DNA of 50,163 nucleotides from a virus (lineage: Duplodnaviria > Caudoviricetes), in IMG/VR virus record IMGVR_UViG_3300009528_000007, positions 1 through 50,163 of that record; one strand, 5' to 3'. The notes below the pieces were generated by a model. The model was not told the origin of the DNA, did no database searches, and saw only the letters and a list, made by a program, of their open reading frames with translations. Within the stretch, counting starts at the first letter, position 1. Every line of letters starts with the position of its first letter. The position numbers and the translations under genes are program-made. Shown here piece by piece: positions 8,372 through 17,286 of this stretch.

Positions 8372-8992
8372 TTATGTTTTCTTGAGGATGCGAAAGGTTT
8401 GACCATGTTGTTCAACTTTATACCCATCCTCATGCCCAGAACATATTTGAAAACCCCCCTTATTTACATATGCCATTTTATCTCCATTTAAATATGTCCC
8501 ATAGAGCAAGTAGGGGAGCGTAGCTCCTTTATAATTCTCTGTAATCCATGTAATCTCACCCGTAACATCCACCCACTCTTCCCTTTTCTCTTCCTTCACA
8601 TAACCCGTTAGCGCTTCCCACTTTGAGTCCTTTTCCTCTTCTTCCATCCACCAGATATATACCTTGCGTAAGAAATTAAGCTCGGCTAGGGCGTTGGCTG
8701 GGGTTTTGTCATTAAAGAAATCATTGTATGGTGTTCCAGAGCAACTACCCAAACCTTCTTTAGTGTGTGGCCTTATCGGACATGATTGACCACATACATA
8801 GCGTTCACCATCGGGACTCTCCAATAAGCACAAGGCACACGCCGAATCATTAAAATAATCCACATCCTCCACAATCCTCTCCCACCTCTCAATCGTTTTC
8901 TTAAACGCCTCTTTGATTTGTTCCCTAGTTGGTTCATTCATTTTACTACCTCCTAAGATTTTCTTCATTCCAATCTTCCGAATCCCCCACAT
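8372..8992 (-). CDS. Hypothetical Cys-containing phage protein
   Basis: CALC...C..CPI...C motif; likely start MNEPTRE. Confidence 0.55.
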   Translation of the reverse strand: MWGIRKIGMKKILGGSKMNEPTREQIKEAFKKTIERWERIVEDVDYFNDSACALCLLESPDGERYVCGQSCPIRPHTKEGLGSCSGTPYNDFFNDKTPANALAELNFLRKVYIWWMEEEEKDSKWEALTGYVKEEKREEWVDVTGEITWITENYKGATLPYLLYGTYLNGDKMAYVNKGGFQICSGHEDGYKVEQHGQTFRILKKT

Positions 8993-9218
8993 CGCTCATT
9001 ATCTCCTCGATGCGATCCGAGAGGATTTCTATTTCATCAATCCCCTCATCAATAGTTTCTTGTAATTCTTGGTTTTTTTGTTCAAGAACTTCATTCTGAA
9101 CTTTTAACTCAGCAATAAAAACCACCGCCCCAGTCAGCATAACCATCAAGATAGCAACCAAGGTAATCAAGGCATATTGGAAGTAGTGGTCTTTCATCTC
9201 ACCCACACCTTCCACCAC
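8946..9218 (-). CDS. Membrane-anchored coiled-coil protein
   Basis: N-terminal hydrophobic helix followed by coiled coil. Confidence 0.55.
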   Translation of the reverse strand: MVEGVGEMKDHYFQYALITLVAILMVMLTGAVVFIAELKVQNEVLEQKNQELQETIDEGIDEIEILSDRIEEIMSDVGDSEDWNEENLRR

Positions 9219-9388
9219 TTGCGTTTGTAGTCTTTACAATCATTGTGAGCATTTACCGCCCAGGGGTCTTGTCCTTTCCATGTTCTTTTCCTAATTGCAG
9301 TGCTATATAATTCCTTCTTTGGGAAACACCACTCTCCGTACTCACTAAAACAACAATGCCTACAATCCTCACAATAAACTTTCTTCAT
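9194..9388 (-). CDS. Cys-rich hypothetical protein
   Basis: KVYCEDCRHC...N.HNDCKDY. Confidence 0.55.
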   Translation of the reverse strand: MKKVYCEDCRHCCFSEYGEWCFPKKELYSTAIRKRTWKGQDPWAVNAHNDCKDYKRKWWKVWVR

Positions 9389-10044
9389 TTCCCAATCTCC
9401 TTCCTTAGATTATAAATATCCAAGCATCTCAAAAATATTTCCCAATGCACACTCACATCTTCTCTCTGCCCCTCCCTGAATCCCTTGTCTTTATCTGTGG
9501 GTATCACCAACACCTTGCAAGCACTAACCTTCTTTCCACTCTCTTTTAAGAGGTTCACATACGCTGAGAGCTGGATAAATTGATCGTCATAAATCCCACT
9601 GGATTTGAAGTCAAGGAGTGTCTCACACCCATCAACAAAACCATAGAAGTCGGGTGTACCCCCATACTTGTATGTTTCTGACACCAACTGCTCCTCCAAA
9701 AGGAGGGGTTTGAGTTTGTGTTGCTTCTCCCACTTTAAGAATGACTCAAAGCTGTTGCCCGCCAAGTCAATCTGGTTCTGTGAGTAGTCGGACGTGGTGA
9801 CTTCTTCACCCCTCAAGTGGTGAAATATCATAGAGTGGGCTAAAGTACCGATGTCAGCGAGGAAGTCTAGGTGTTTTCTATGGTCTATCCCATCTCTACC
9901 CAGCTTCCAGTACCAGTTATAGAGTGGGAACTTGGCGAGGATGCCCGTGATGGTCGTGACTCCCGCAACCTGAGTTCCACTCTCAAGCCTGTAGCGAGTG
10001 TGAGCCTTGGTTTTCATCAATCCCAAAGTTTTATAACCCAACAA
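9385..10044 (-). CDS. PD-(D/E)XK exonuclease (Cas4/lambda-exonuclease-like)
   Basis: GVTTIT, GT.AH, YGGTPD, LLDFKS and QLSAY motifs. Confidence 0.85.
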   Translation of the reverse strand: MLGYKTLGLMKTKAHTRYRLESGTQVAGVTTITGILAKFPLYNWYWKLGRDGIDHRKHLDFLADIGTLAHSMIFHHLRGEEVTTSDYSQNQIDLAGNSFESFLKWEKQHKLKPLLLEEQLVSETYKYGGTPDFYGFVDGCETLLDFKSSGIYDDQFIQLSAYVNLLKESGKKVSACKVLVIPTDKDKGFREGQREDVSVHWEIFLRCLDIYNLRKEIGK

Positions 10045-10177
10045 TCTTCCTTTTCTTCCCAGCTAGCCTCACACGTATATTCTTTTCCAGATTCGCTCAC
10101 AACCTTTCCTTTAATCCCATCAATTTCATTTTCAAGTAAATTAATAAGCCCATTAATAGTTAAATATATTACATCGC

Positions 10178-10687
10178 TCATTTCTCAATCTCTTCTTTAA
10201 TCATCTCCCAAAGAGCCTTGAACTTCTCTCCTATCCCCTCCTCACTCATCTTGCTCAAGTCGAGGAGATTCATCAGCCCCAACGCCCCCTGCATAGCAGA
10301 GATAGAGTTCTTGTCAATCCTGTCTATCCCTCTTCTCTGCTTAACGGGAGGCTTCTCCACGCCCTCTTCTTCGGGGGGTTCTTCGGGGAGTTCATCATTC
10401 CCTACGAGCTTGATTGAGCTGAAGTTCTTGAATCCCTTGGCATTCTGTATGTACTCAATCTCCACTGTGTCGCCCTCGCTCACACCCTCGATGTATTTAC
10501 CCACCTTAGAATCGAAGGTACTGAACCACTCACCGTCAGAACTAAGAAGGGCATACCTGAGTCCATCGCCCGCAGGCTTGACGCTTACGAGTTTTACTCG
10601 TTTTGTAACATTCATATTCACTCCTTTAAAATTATTTATTATCTTATATTCTCCGAACACACGCTTGAAGTCTGCGAGTGTTGCCAA
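10178..10687 (-). CDS. Putative single-stranded DNA-binding (OB-fold) protein
   Basis: WFSTFD...GDTVEIEY...GFKN pattern; adjacent to the exonuclease; likely start MNVTK. Confidence 0.55.
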   Translation of the reverse strand: MATLADFKRVFGEYKIINNFKGVNMNVTKRVKLVSVKPAGDGLRYALLSSDGEWFSTFDSKVGKYIEGVSEGDTVEIEYIQNAKGFKNFSSIKLVGNDELPEEPPEEEGVEKPPVKQRRGIDRIDKNSISAMQGALGLMNLLDLSKMSEEGIGEKFKALWEMIKEEIEK

Positions 10688-10691
10688 TTAT

Positions 10692-10901
10692 TTATTTCTT
10701 GGTTTTCTTGCTACTGTCAGCCCTCTTTTTCTCAGCCAAGAAGCTCATTGAGTGTCCATTGGGACAATAAAAAGCCTCCAAGTCTCTTATCCTCTGCTCT
10801 CGAAGTTCACGGGGCATAACAAACGTAACCCCACAATCAACACAGGTTTCAGTTGTTAAGTTTGTCTTAACCCATATTTCTTCACTCATGTTTTCCTCCA
10901 T
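10692..10901 (-). CDS. Zinc-binding hypothetical protein (CVDCG...FYCPNGH)
   Basis: ORF track. Confidence 0.6.
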   Translation of the reverse strand: MEENMSEEIWVKTNLTTETCVDCGVTFVMPRELREQRIRDLEAFYCPNGHSMSFLAEKKRADSSKKTKK

Positions 10902-11122
10902 TCCTTATTTTTAATCCCACAGTAAAGACGGGTTAAACCTGCAACCTGAACTTGCCGACACCCCTCACTACACCCCAAACAGATATCAAGGGTAGGGTAG
11001 TCCCGAGATCGTGCCTCTATGAGGCTCTCCTGTGTTTTCAGCCAAAAGATTCGATCTATAAATGGGACTTTAGCTTTTTGCCTATCTTCTTTCTCTACCA
11101 ACTCCATGATGTTAATTAGCAT
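10886..11122 (-). CDS. Hypothetical protein
   Basis: ORF track; downstream of a sigma70-like promoter. Confidence 0.5.
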   Translation of the reverse strand: MLINIMELVEKEDRQKAKVPFIDRIFWLKTQESLIEARSRDYPTLDICLGCSEGCRQVQVAGLTRLYCGIKNKEWRKT

Positions 11123-11146
11123 AGCACACCTTTTAAATTATGTCAA
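11118..11146 (-). promoter_or_regulatory. sigma70-like promoter TTGACA-N17-TATGCT
   Basis: Consensus -35 with 17-bp spacer. Confidence 0.6.
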
Positions 11147-11538
11147 GCCCATCCCATTCCTTTCGCTATTAGCTTGACAAACAAGTAAACGAGATACCAG
11201 CCACCCGCACAGATGGCAGATATAACCAGGAATCCCACGACGAATCCCCGGTTTATTCTTCTTAAAATATTCATCTAAGCCTCCTCACCACAACTCTTTA
11301 AGTTGTTTTCCAATCTCATGGCATAGCCACACGAAGCACACGACTATGAGTAAGGGCAAGAGATAGTCAATCATTTTTCTCTCCTTTAGGCTCATACACC
11401 ACCCTCCCCACTCCTTGCTTTTTCTTCTTGCACCCCTCACAGCAGATGACAAACCAGATGCCGACCTGTTTACCAGTGAGATCCTCTTCTTTGAATTCTT
11501 TACCGCAGATATCACAGTGGGGGAGTGGGGTGGTCATT

Positions 11539-11685
11539 CTACTTGCCCCGATTTTTCAATGTAAATCCACAACCCATTAAACACACAAACTCTTTGGGCC
11601 AGATTCTTCTTGCCATTGTCTTTCCACACTTGGGGCAAATGGCGAATGTCCCGTTTGACATCTTTGCATACTTGGTTTTATTCAT
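11539..11685 (-). CDS. Small zinc-ribbon protein, 48 aa, ending KNRGK*
   Basis: Manual translation; AGGAGG RBS. Confidence 0.6.
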   Translation of the reverse strand: MNKTKYAKMSNGTFAICPKCGKTMARRIWPKEFVCLMGCGFTLKNRGK

Positions 11686-11700
11686 TTTTTCCTCCTTTCC

Positions 11701-11961
11701 CTAGGCTTTCTCTGGATATGGGCCATGATTACCAGATGGGTATTTTAAATCCCTGCCTACCCCGATTGGTTCAGAACCCTCAATTATAATTTCGATTGCC
11801 TTTATATCGAAATATAATCTTTCTTCATAAATATCATCTATCAACCTGTTTAATATCCCTGTTACTTCGCCCCGTAGCTGTATTCTATTTAATTGTCTCT
11901 CATAACTCCCGACTGATTTACGTTTTATTATCACGTTTCCTCCCTTGACCGATTTTCCCAA
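11701..11961 (-). CDS. Hypothetical protein
   Basis: ORF track. Confidence 0.5.
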   Translation of the reverse strand: MGKSVKGGNVIIKRKSVGSYERQLNRIQLRGEVTGILNRLIDDIYEERLYFDIKAIEIIIEGSEPIGVGRDLKYPSGNHGPYPEKA

Positions 11962-12140
11962 GTCTTTTTCATTGTCTCCGCAATCTCTATTCTCTCTTCA
12001 TCTGCTACTCCTTCACCATACTCATAGAAAAACTCATCATAAATCTCATCTGCCTTTTTGATAATAAAATCCTCAAATGTTTCCATCTTTATCTCCTTTT
12101 TTTGCTCGCCTAGATTGGTATTGCCACAATAAAAAGCCAA
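11931..12140 (-). CDS. Hypothetical acidic protein (likely start METFED)
   Basis: ORF track; AAGGAG RBS. Confidence 0.5.
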   Translation of the reverse strand: MAFYCGNTNLGEQKKEIKMETFEDFIIKKADEIYDEFFYEYGEGVADEERIEIAETMKKTWENRSREET

Positions 12141-12192
12141 TATGACACAACCAAAGGGCGATTTTTTTAATCGTTTTTCATCTCCATTTTAT

Positions 12193-12369
12193 TTATCCCG
12201 ATTTTAGAACCGCAATTCTTATATTAAAGTTTAATACCCACATGTGCAATTCTATCAATGGGTTGTAATGTTTCAGTGGTTCAAGAATGCTTGTTATAGA
12301 AAACCAATGTATTATTCGCCACTCTCTCCAATTATCCCAATTATTGAATATCTTTATTTCTACCCTCAT
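12193..12369 (-). CDS. Hypothetical protein, about 58 aa (MRVEIKIF...VLKSG*)
   Basis: Manual translation. Confidence 0.5.
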   Translation of the reverse strand: MRVEIKIFNNWDNWREWRIIHWFSITSILEPLKHYNPLIELHMWVLNFNIRIAVLKSG

Positions 12370-12378
12370 TTCTTTTTC

Positions 12379-12549
12379 TTACCCCGATTTCTTGTCTATG
12401 GAATCTCCCAAATACCATTCTTTACCATCCCATGATTTACTTCCCTTAGCGCAGGGACAACCATCTTCTTTCCACCATTGACACTTATCATCACAATCTC
12501 CATCACCAAGCCCCTTAAAATAAGCTGTACATTCATAGCCTGTTTTCAT
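12379..12549 (-). CDS. Cys-rich protein, about 56 aa (MKTGYEC...DKKSG*)
   Basis: Manual translation. Confidence 0.5.
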   Translation of the reverse strand: MKTGYECTAYFKGLGDGDCDDKCQWWKEDGCPCAKGSKSWDGKEWYLGDSIDKKSG

Positions 12550-12715
12550 TTTTCTTGCCCGATTCGTGGAAATTCTGGTACAATTTCATTATTAACTCAT
12601 TTGCTTTCTTTTTCCCTACCTTTCTTCCATTTAGGGCAGCCTCGATTAAATATAACTCTTTGTCTTTTAATTCTCCCTTAAATACTTGGTCTTCTCTTTT
12701 CATTTTACGCTCCTT

Positions 12716-12919
12716 TTATTTATTTACCCGAAAAATCGGGACAATACCCCTACTTAACCACCTGCTTGCCCTATTCTCCCACTTCAACACCTTGTTACGC
12801 CCATATAGCCTCAGACCACATTCGGGGCAAATCAGCTTAACCTCATCTACGGGCAATACAAACAACAAGGGCATACCGCAATTTGGACAACAGGTTATGG
12901 TTTCGTTCACCCAGGCCAC
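12716..12919 (-). CDS. Zinc-ribbon (Lar-like) small protein
   Basis: CPNCG...CPECG....WENR. Confidence 0.5.
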   Translation of the reverse strand: MAWVNETITCCPNCGMPLLFVLPVDEVKLICPECGLRLYGRNKVLKWENRASRWLSRGIVPIFRVNK

Positions 12920-13374
12920 CCATCCCCACCAAAGAGCTGTAGTATATTACTCAGCTTCAAGTACGCCCTCTTTGGGTCAAGGTCTAAGACTAGAAGCAAA
13001 CTCCTTGCCCTCTCTTGATCGGCTCCATACTCATCAGCCAGCACTTGAGAGGCTACATCAAATAGGTTGTAGGTCATTTAAGCCTCCTTTTATCTATATC
13101 GTGTTATTACCTTATTTCTTGCCCGATTTGTTGAATATTCCCACCACGAAAGAACCGACTCCAATAATCGCAGTAAGGGCAAGTATGTCCCATCTTACCT
13201 GAGTTGCGGGGATGGGGATAAACACTATTGTAAGAAAAATCCCCACGCAAAAGATAATTAAAATACTTCCAAAAATTTTTTGTATATTCATTAGTCTACT
13301 CCGTTTTACTCCGATTGACCTTTTATTAAATGATTTCCCTAATTAATTTTTCCCAATTTGTCATTAAAACCTCC

Positions 13375-13707
13375 TTAATAAAATCTTGGTTTTGAATACT
13401 TAGAAAACCTTATCCAGTTACCATTCCTTAGCTCACTCTCAATGGGTGAATAAGGCTGTTGTTTTTTTAAGAAATGATATATATGATACAAGGACTTTTG
13501 GCTTATCCGCTCAGTCTTTTCATTGATAATTCGCCATAGAGTCATGGCAGATACCCCGATCATAAACTTAGCAAGTCTATGGAAAGAATAGGGATGGGTG
13601 GAGTGGTAGTTGCGGAGTGAATCTAGTAAGACTTCTTTGTGTTTACTATAATCTTGTGTCGCATAACGGTTATTATGTCTAGCATCATTCATCTTTTGCC
13701 TCACCAT
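13375..13707 (-). CDS. Putative HTH DNA-binding protein
   Basis: SFHRLAKFMIGVSAMTLWRII HTH-like segment. Confidence 0.55.
   Translation of the reverse strand: MVRQKMNDARHNNRYATQDYSKHKEVLLDSLRNYHSTHPYSFHRLAKFMIGVSAMTLWRIINEKTERISQKSLYHIYHFLKKQQPYSPIESELRNGNWIRFSKYSKPRFY
13656..13683 (+). repeat. dif-like site D8: GTGTCGCATAA CGGTTA TTATGTCTAGC
   Basis: Full 11-6-11 site, opposite in orientation to D1-D7. Confidence 0.75.
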
Positions 13708-14035
13708 TCATGTGCTCAAGTAACTTGCTTATTTTCTTATTGCTTTTCAAGTATTCATCAAGCTTCTTTTTAACAAGAATCTCTATCAACTCATCAATCT
13801 TCATATCGCAAATATTTGGAGAGAAGTTACTTGATAATAATGTGCTTGGATTCATCTTCAATATTTGACACGCTTTAATCAAGTCTTTAACAAGTATATC
13901 GTTTTGAACATGCTTGAGTGCTGTCAACCAGTTTGGGTTCTTCCCCATCTTTCTTGAAAAATCTTTTCCTGTCATGTCTATTTCCTTTAACCTTGCGTTG
14001 ATCTTCTTTACCACTTTGTCTAATATCTTTTCCAT
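13685..14035 (-). CDS. XRE-family HTH transcriptional regulator (repressor-like)
   Basis: MTGKDFSRKMGKNPNWLTALK...DL..ACQIL...PSTLL. Confidence 0.7.
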   Translation of the reverse strand: MEKILDKVVKKINARLKEIDMTGKDFSRKMGKNPNWLTALKHVQNDILVKDLIKACQILKMNPSTLLSSNFSPNICDMKIDELIEILVKKKLDEYLKSNKKISKLLEHMNGEAKDE

Positions 14036-14180
14036 TTTTAGTCTTCTTGTTTTCCTCTTATCCTTTGCACAAAATTCCCTATAATAAATATTAACCCAAC
14101 GATCAACCTTAAAACCACACCCACCACAGCCAGTGCTACTAAAATTATGATTATGGTAAATACAACTGAAAGTATGGTCT

Positions 14181-14567
14181 TCATCTTATCTCACTCACAT
14201 AAAACTCGCTATTCCCCTCGTTCCTCTTAAATGGAAAGTACACCTTGCCTGTCCTCTTCACCTTCTCAAGTATATCATACTTCTTCAAGAAACTCCCTGC
14301 GGTAATGTGCCAGGCATTTCTCTGTTTGTTGTTTACAAGGCCGTATGAGCCGATCACTGGTTCTTTCCAAAACCACAAACCAAGATTGTCTCTCTTTTTA
14401 TCAAAGTACAAGACTGCATACTTGTACTCTTCGCCGACTTCTTTAACCGCCTCTCTGTTTATGTAGATCCCCCACCTTGATATGTGAAGCATGGGAAGGT
14501 CGAAGGTTTCCCACCTTCCACCTCTACGTGCTTCAAACTTTTCATAGCCTTCGGGTGTTTGTTGCAT
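14181..14567 (-). CDS. Hypothetical protein
   Basis: 128-aa ORF with AAGGAG RBS. Confidence 0.55.
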   Translation of the reverse strand: MQQTPEGYEKFEARRGGRWETFDLPMLHISRWGIYINREAVKEVGEEYKYAVLYFDKKRDNLGLWFWKEPVIGSYGLVNNKQRNAWHITAGSFLKKYDILEKVKRTGKVYFPFKRNEGNSEFYVSEIR

Positions 14568-14618
14568 GTTGTTCTCCTTTATTCCATCCTCCCAAGTCTA
14601 TCACCCAAGATATTAAAG

Positions 14619-14837
14619 TCAAGTCTTTTCTTTGCCCTTGTAATAATCATCACATTCTTTACACAGATAATAGTCAGTGGACTTGATCAACGCCCTCTTG
14701 TCTTTTAAAATAAGATTTTTTTTAGTAAAACACTCAATACAAACCCTGTGTTTCATAGATTGATATTGAGCTTGCTCAAGTGCCGACCAATGATCTCCCA
14801 TTACATCAATCCAGTCATTCTTAGTTTTTAATTCCAC
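14619..14837 (-). CDS. Cys-containing hypothetical protein
   Basis: CIEC...LCKEC; TTGACA promoter at 14877-14882 on the minus strand. Confidence 0.55.
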   Translation of the reverse strand: MELKTKNDWIDVMGDHWSALEQAQYQSMKHRVCIECFTKKNLILKDKRALIKSTDYYLCKECDDYYKGKEKT

Positions 14838-15100
14838 GTTAAGCTCCTTTAGAGTTTATAACTCCATCCCCGGCCATGTCAAGTCAGACACAGACAGGGG
14901 GGAGTGGTAAGCTTTATAGTTTATCATCAGTTTAATTGAGGATAAACTACTTAGCCTAGTCTGCGTGGCTATCATTTGCCTCAATCCTTGCAAAGTAGCA
15001 CAGCCGGCACACTAGCCGGTCAGCTTTCAGGTCCCAGATTAGTTGGTCTTGGTTCACCCAGTAGTGGCAGCACTCACACATCTGATAGATTATCTCTTGC

Positions 15101-15463
15101 TTATTTATTTAGTTCCTTGCCGCGATTTTTTGGTATTTTCCTTAATTCTTCCCACTCTTTTAGCCTTGCCATGATTTCCTGTTTGTATTCTTTCCCCTCT
15201 TCTATACACGTGGGCATGAGGGTAATTTTGTCCATAAATCCCACGAGGTCTTTTGTTTTTATCATAAGTATTTTCTTATTTCGCCCTGATTTTTCTTCGT
15301 TCCAATCGTAGCTTGAGTGTTCAAAATCTTCCCATCCGTTGTGGCCACATTTAGAACAGTAGCCATAAAATCTTACCCATCCAAACTCCAAGAATTCATA
15401 TTTGCCGTCATACTCAAAATTATCTTCGCATCCTTTTTTGTTCTTACAAATTTGTTTCTTCAT
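15101..15463 (-). CDS. Hypothetical protein, apparent fusion of two small genes
   Basis: N-terminal zinc ribbon; C-terminal half resembles ORF 16961..17140. Confidence 0.55.
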   Translation of the reverse strand: MKKQICKNKKGCEDNFEYDGKYEFLEFGWVRFYGYCSKCGHNGWEDFEHSSYDWNEEKSGRNKKILMIKTKDLVGFMDKITLMPTCIEEGKEYKQEIMARLKEWEELRKIPKNRGKELNK

Positions 15464-15481
15464 TTTAATCCCTCCTATTAT

Positions 15482-15688
15482 TTATTTATTTGGTTGCCTC
15501 GATTCTATTTGTTTTAAGACTTTAAATGATTTTCCTCGACCCCTTAAATCTATTCCGTCTATTCCATAACTCTCTTTTGCTTGCCTAATTGCATCTCTTT
15601 CACTTATTGCTCTAATCCACATCTCGCCACCACCAGGAGTTAAAACGATATAATATGGATTGTACATTCTCATCTCCTTTTTATTCAT
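15482..15688 (-). CDS. Hypothetical protein
   Basis: ORF track. Confidence 0.5.
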   Translation of the reverse strand: MNKKEMRMYNPYYIVLTPGGGEMWIRAISERDAIRQAKESYGIDGIDLRGRGKSFKVLKQIESRQPNK

Positions 15689-15844
15689 TTACTCTTAATC
15701 TATGTCTTTTACCTTCACCTGTCAATACCTTTTGAGATGATATTTGAATATCATCTTTACTTTAACTCCCCTCGATACAACCCCTCAAATAAGATGATAT
15801 GTTTTACTCAAAGTAGAGAGTTTCGCCTCACCCCCCTAACTCTA

Positions 15845-16042
15845 TCACTTGTCTTCATTAAAGATTTCAATGGAGATTACATCATCTTGTCTAACTATAA
15901 GATTACTCTTTTCACACTCTATTACCACAAAGTCTTGAAAGGCTTGTTTAACCTTGCCTTTAATGTTTTGAGGCCTCTCTCTTACTTCAATGCTTACTCT
16001 CTTTCCCACTAAGAATACAAAGCTAAAGTTACTTGACTTCAT
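15845..16042 (-). CDS. Putative Sm/LSm (Hfq-like) fold protein
   Basis: LVGKRVSIEV...IKGKV...DFVVIE...LIVRQDDVISIE resembles the Sm1/Sm2 pattern. Confidence 0.45.
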   Translation of the reverse strand: MKSSNFSFVFLVGKRVSIEVRERPQNIKGKVKQAFQDFVVIECEKSNLIVRQDDVISIEIFNEDK

Positions 16043-16512
16043 AACACTCTCCTTATATTAGTATATATATACTAAAGAGTCTTCAAGTAAGACTCTTACC
16101 TTAGTATAAAGACTTACTCTCTTTGTGTCAAGCTTATAAATCTTTTCGTCGGTGTACTCAAAGATTTATTAACTTATGTTTGATAACACTTGTCTTTATC
16201 AAAACACTCTTTCATATCAACCCTGACTATGTTACACCCTATGTGAAAACTTACCTTGACTTTGTTACACCATGTATTGTGTTAAAGTGGGTGCTTCATG
16301 GTGTAATATACCAACATCTTGTTTTATGTAGCATCTATCTTATGAGGGTATGTTTTACATAAGGGGGGAAGCTTTCCTTTTACCTAAGAGCGGATGTGCA
16401 GTCCGCTTTCACCTATCAAGGATCATCAGTTAGGCTAAGCTTCTTGCATATAAAATACGCAGATATCCAATATACGAATATCCCAAAAAACCAACCTATT
16501 ACTAATCCAATT

Positions 16513-16755
16513 TCAAACATTGGCACCCTTGTCTCTTGGTGAATTAATCTTAATTATTGCCTCTACCTTTTCCGGCTCAATTCTGTGTTCTCCTTGTCCT
16601 TCTTGATAAAACCTAAAGTGATCTCTATCGCTTGTTTTTATTCTCCAGGCTGTCTTAGCAATGAAATTAATTCCAGTTGTTAAACACACAACAAACATGC
16701 CCTCAATTCTTTCATGTCTTTCATCATTCATGAAATCATCTTTTAAGTTTTTCAT
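16513..16755 (-). CDS. Hypothetical protein, first gene of the left arm
   Basis: GAGGTG RBS; promoter at about 16774-16801. Confidence 0.55.
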   Translation of the reverse strand: MKNLKDDFMNDERHERIEGMFVVCLTTGINFIAKTAWRIKTSDRDHFRFYQEGQGEHRIEPEKVEAIIKINSPRDKGANV

Positions 16756-16773
16756 TCTTTCACCTCACCACTC

Positions 16774-16942
16774 AATCTATTTATATTTTAGCAAATGTCA
16801 AGTCCTTAAATTAAATCATATTGTAAACAATAAAGTTAACCATCAAATATCATCGCTTCATCACCCTTCACCTCAAGGGAGCTGTTAAATACGACTAACC
16901 CCCCTTGTTTTTCTTGACAATGCTTGTGGTCTATGCTATGGT
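16774..16942. promoter_or_regulatory. Divergent promoter pair at the arm switch (minus: TTGACA..TAGATT; plus: TTGACA-N17-TATGGT)
   Basis: Both have a consensus -35 and are followed by a GTGAGGTGA RBS. Confidence 0.6.
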
Positions 16943-16960
16943 TTAGTGTGAGGTGATGAG

Positions 16961-17140
16961 ATGAAAACTAGAGAGTTGATTGAAATCTTAAAGAGAGAAC
17001 TAGGGACAGTGAAGAGTAATAATGTGGTAGATAGGGCAAGGGATGAGGTTATTGAAAGACTGGAAGAGCTTGGGGAGTTGAAGGTTAGGTTAAAGGAGAT
17101 TGAGGCCAAGGCTAGAGATTACCGAGATGTGTTATTCTAA
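16961..17140 (+). CDS. Hypothetical helical protein, 59 aa (MKTRELIEIL...)
   Basis: Manual translation; RBS and promoter upstream. Confidence 0.6.
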   Translation: MKTRELIEILKRELGTVKSNNVVDRARDEVIERLEELGELKVRLKEIEAKARDYRDVLF

Positions 17141-17286
17141 TTGAGAATCATTCTCAATATCATATTCTCTACCCCTGATATTGTCTCTTGCTCTTCACAT
17201 CTCTTTCCCCCACATTTTACCGAATCCCCCAAAGCCTTGAATTCCCCCAGATAACTCCACTCCGACACAGCCAACAGGGGTGAGTT

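Noticed and set aside
11138-11148. TTATGTCAAGC as another XerD arm
   Set aside because: No XerC arm at the right distance; better explained as the TTGACA -35 box of a minus-strand promoter
10218-13202. Long plus-strand ORFs (10218..10751 and 12555..13202) and other antisense ORFs in the track
   Set aside because: They are shadows of minus-strand genes: no RBS, S/L/F-rich composition, and opposite to the local transcription direction
14915-14950. Hammerhead ribozyme (CUGAUGA on the minus strand)
   Set aside because: No stem II or GAAA core in the required arrangement
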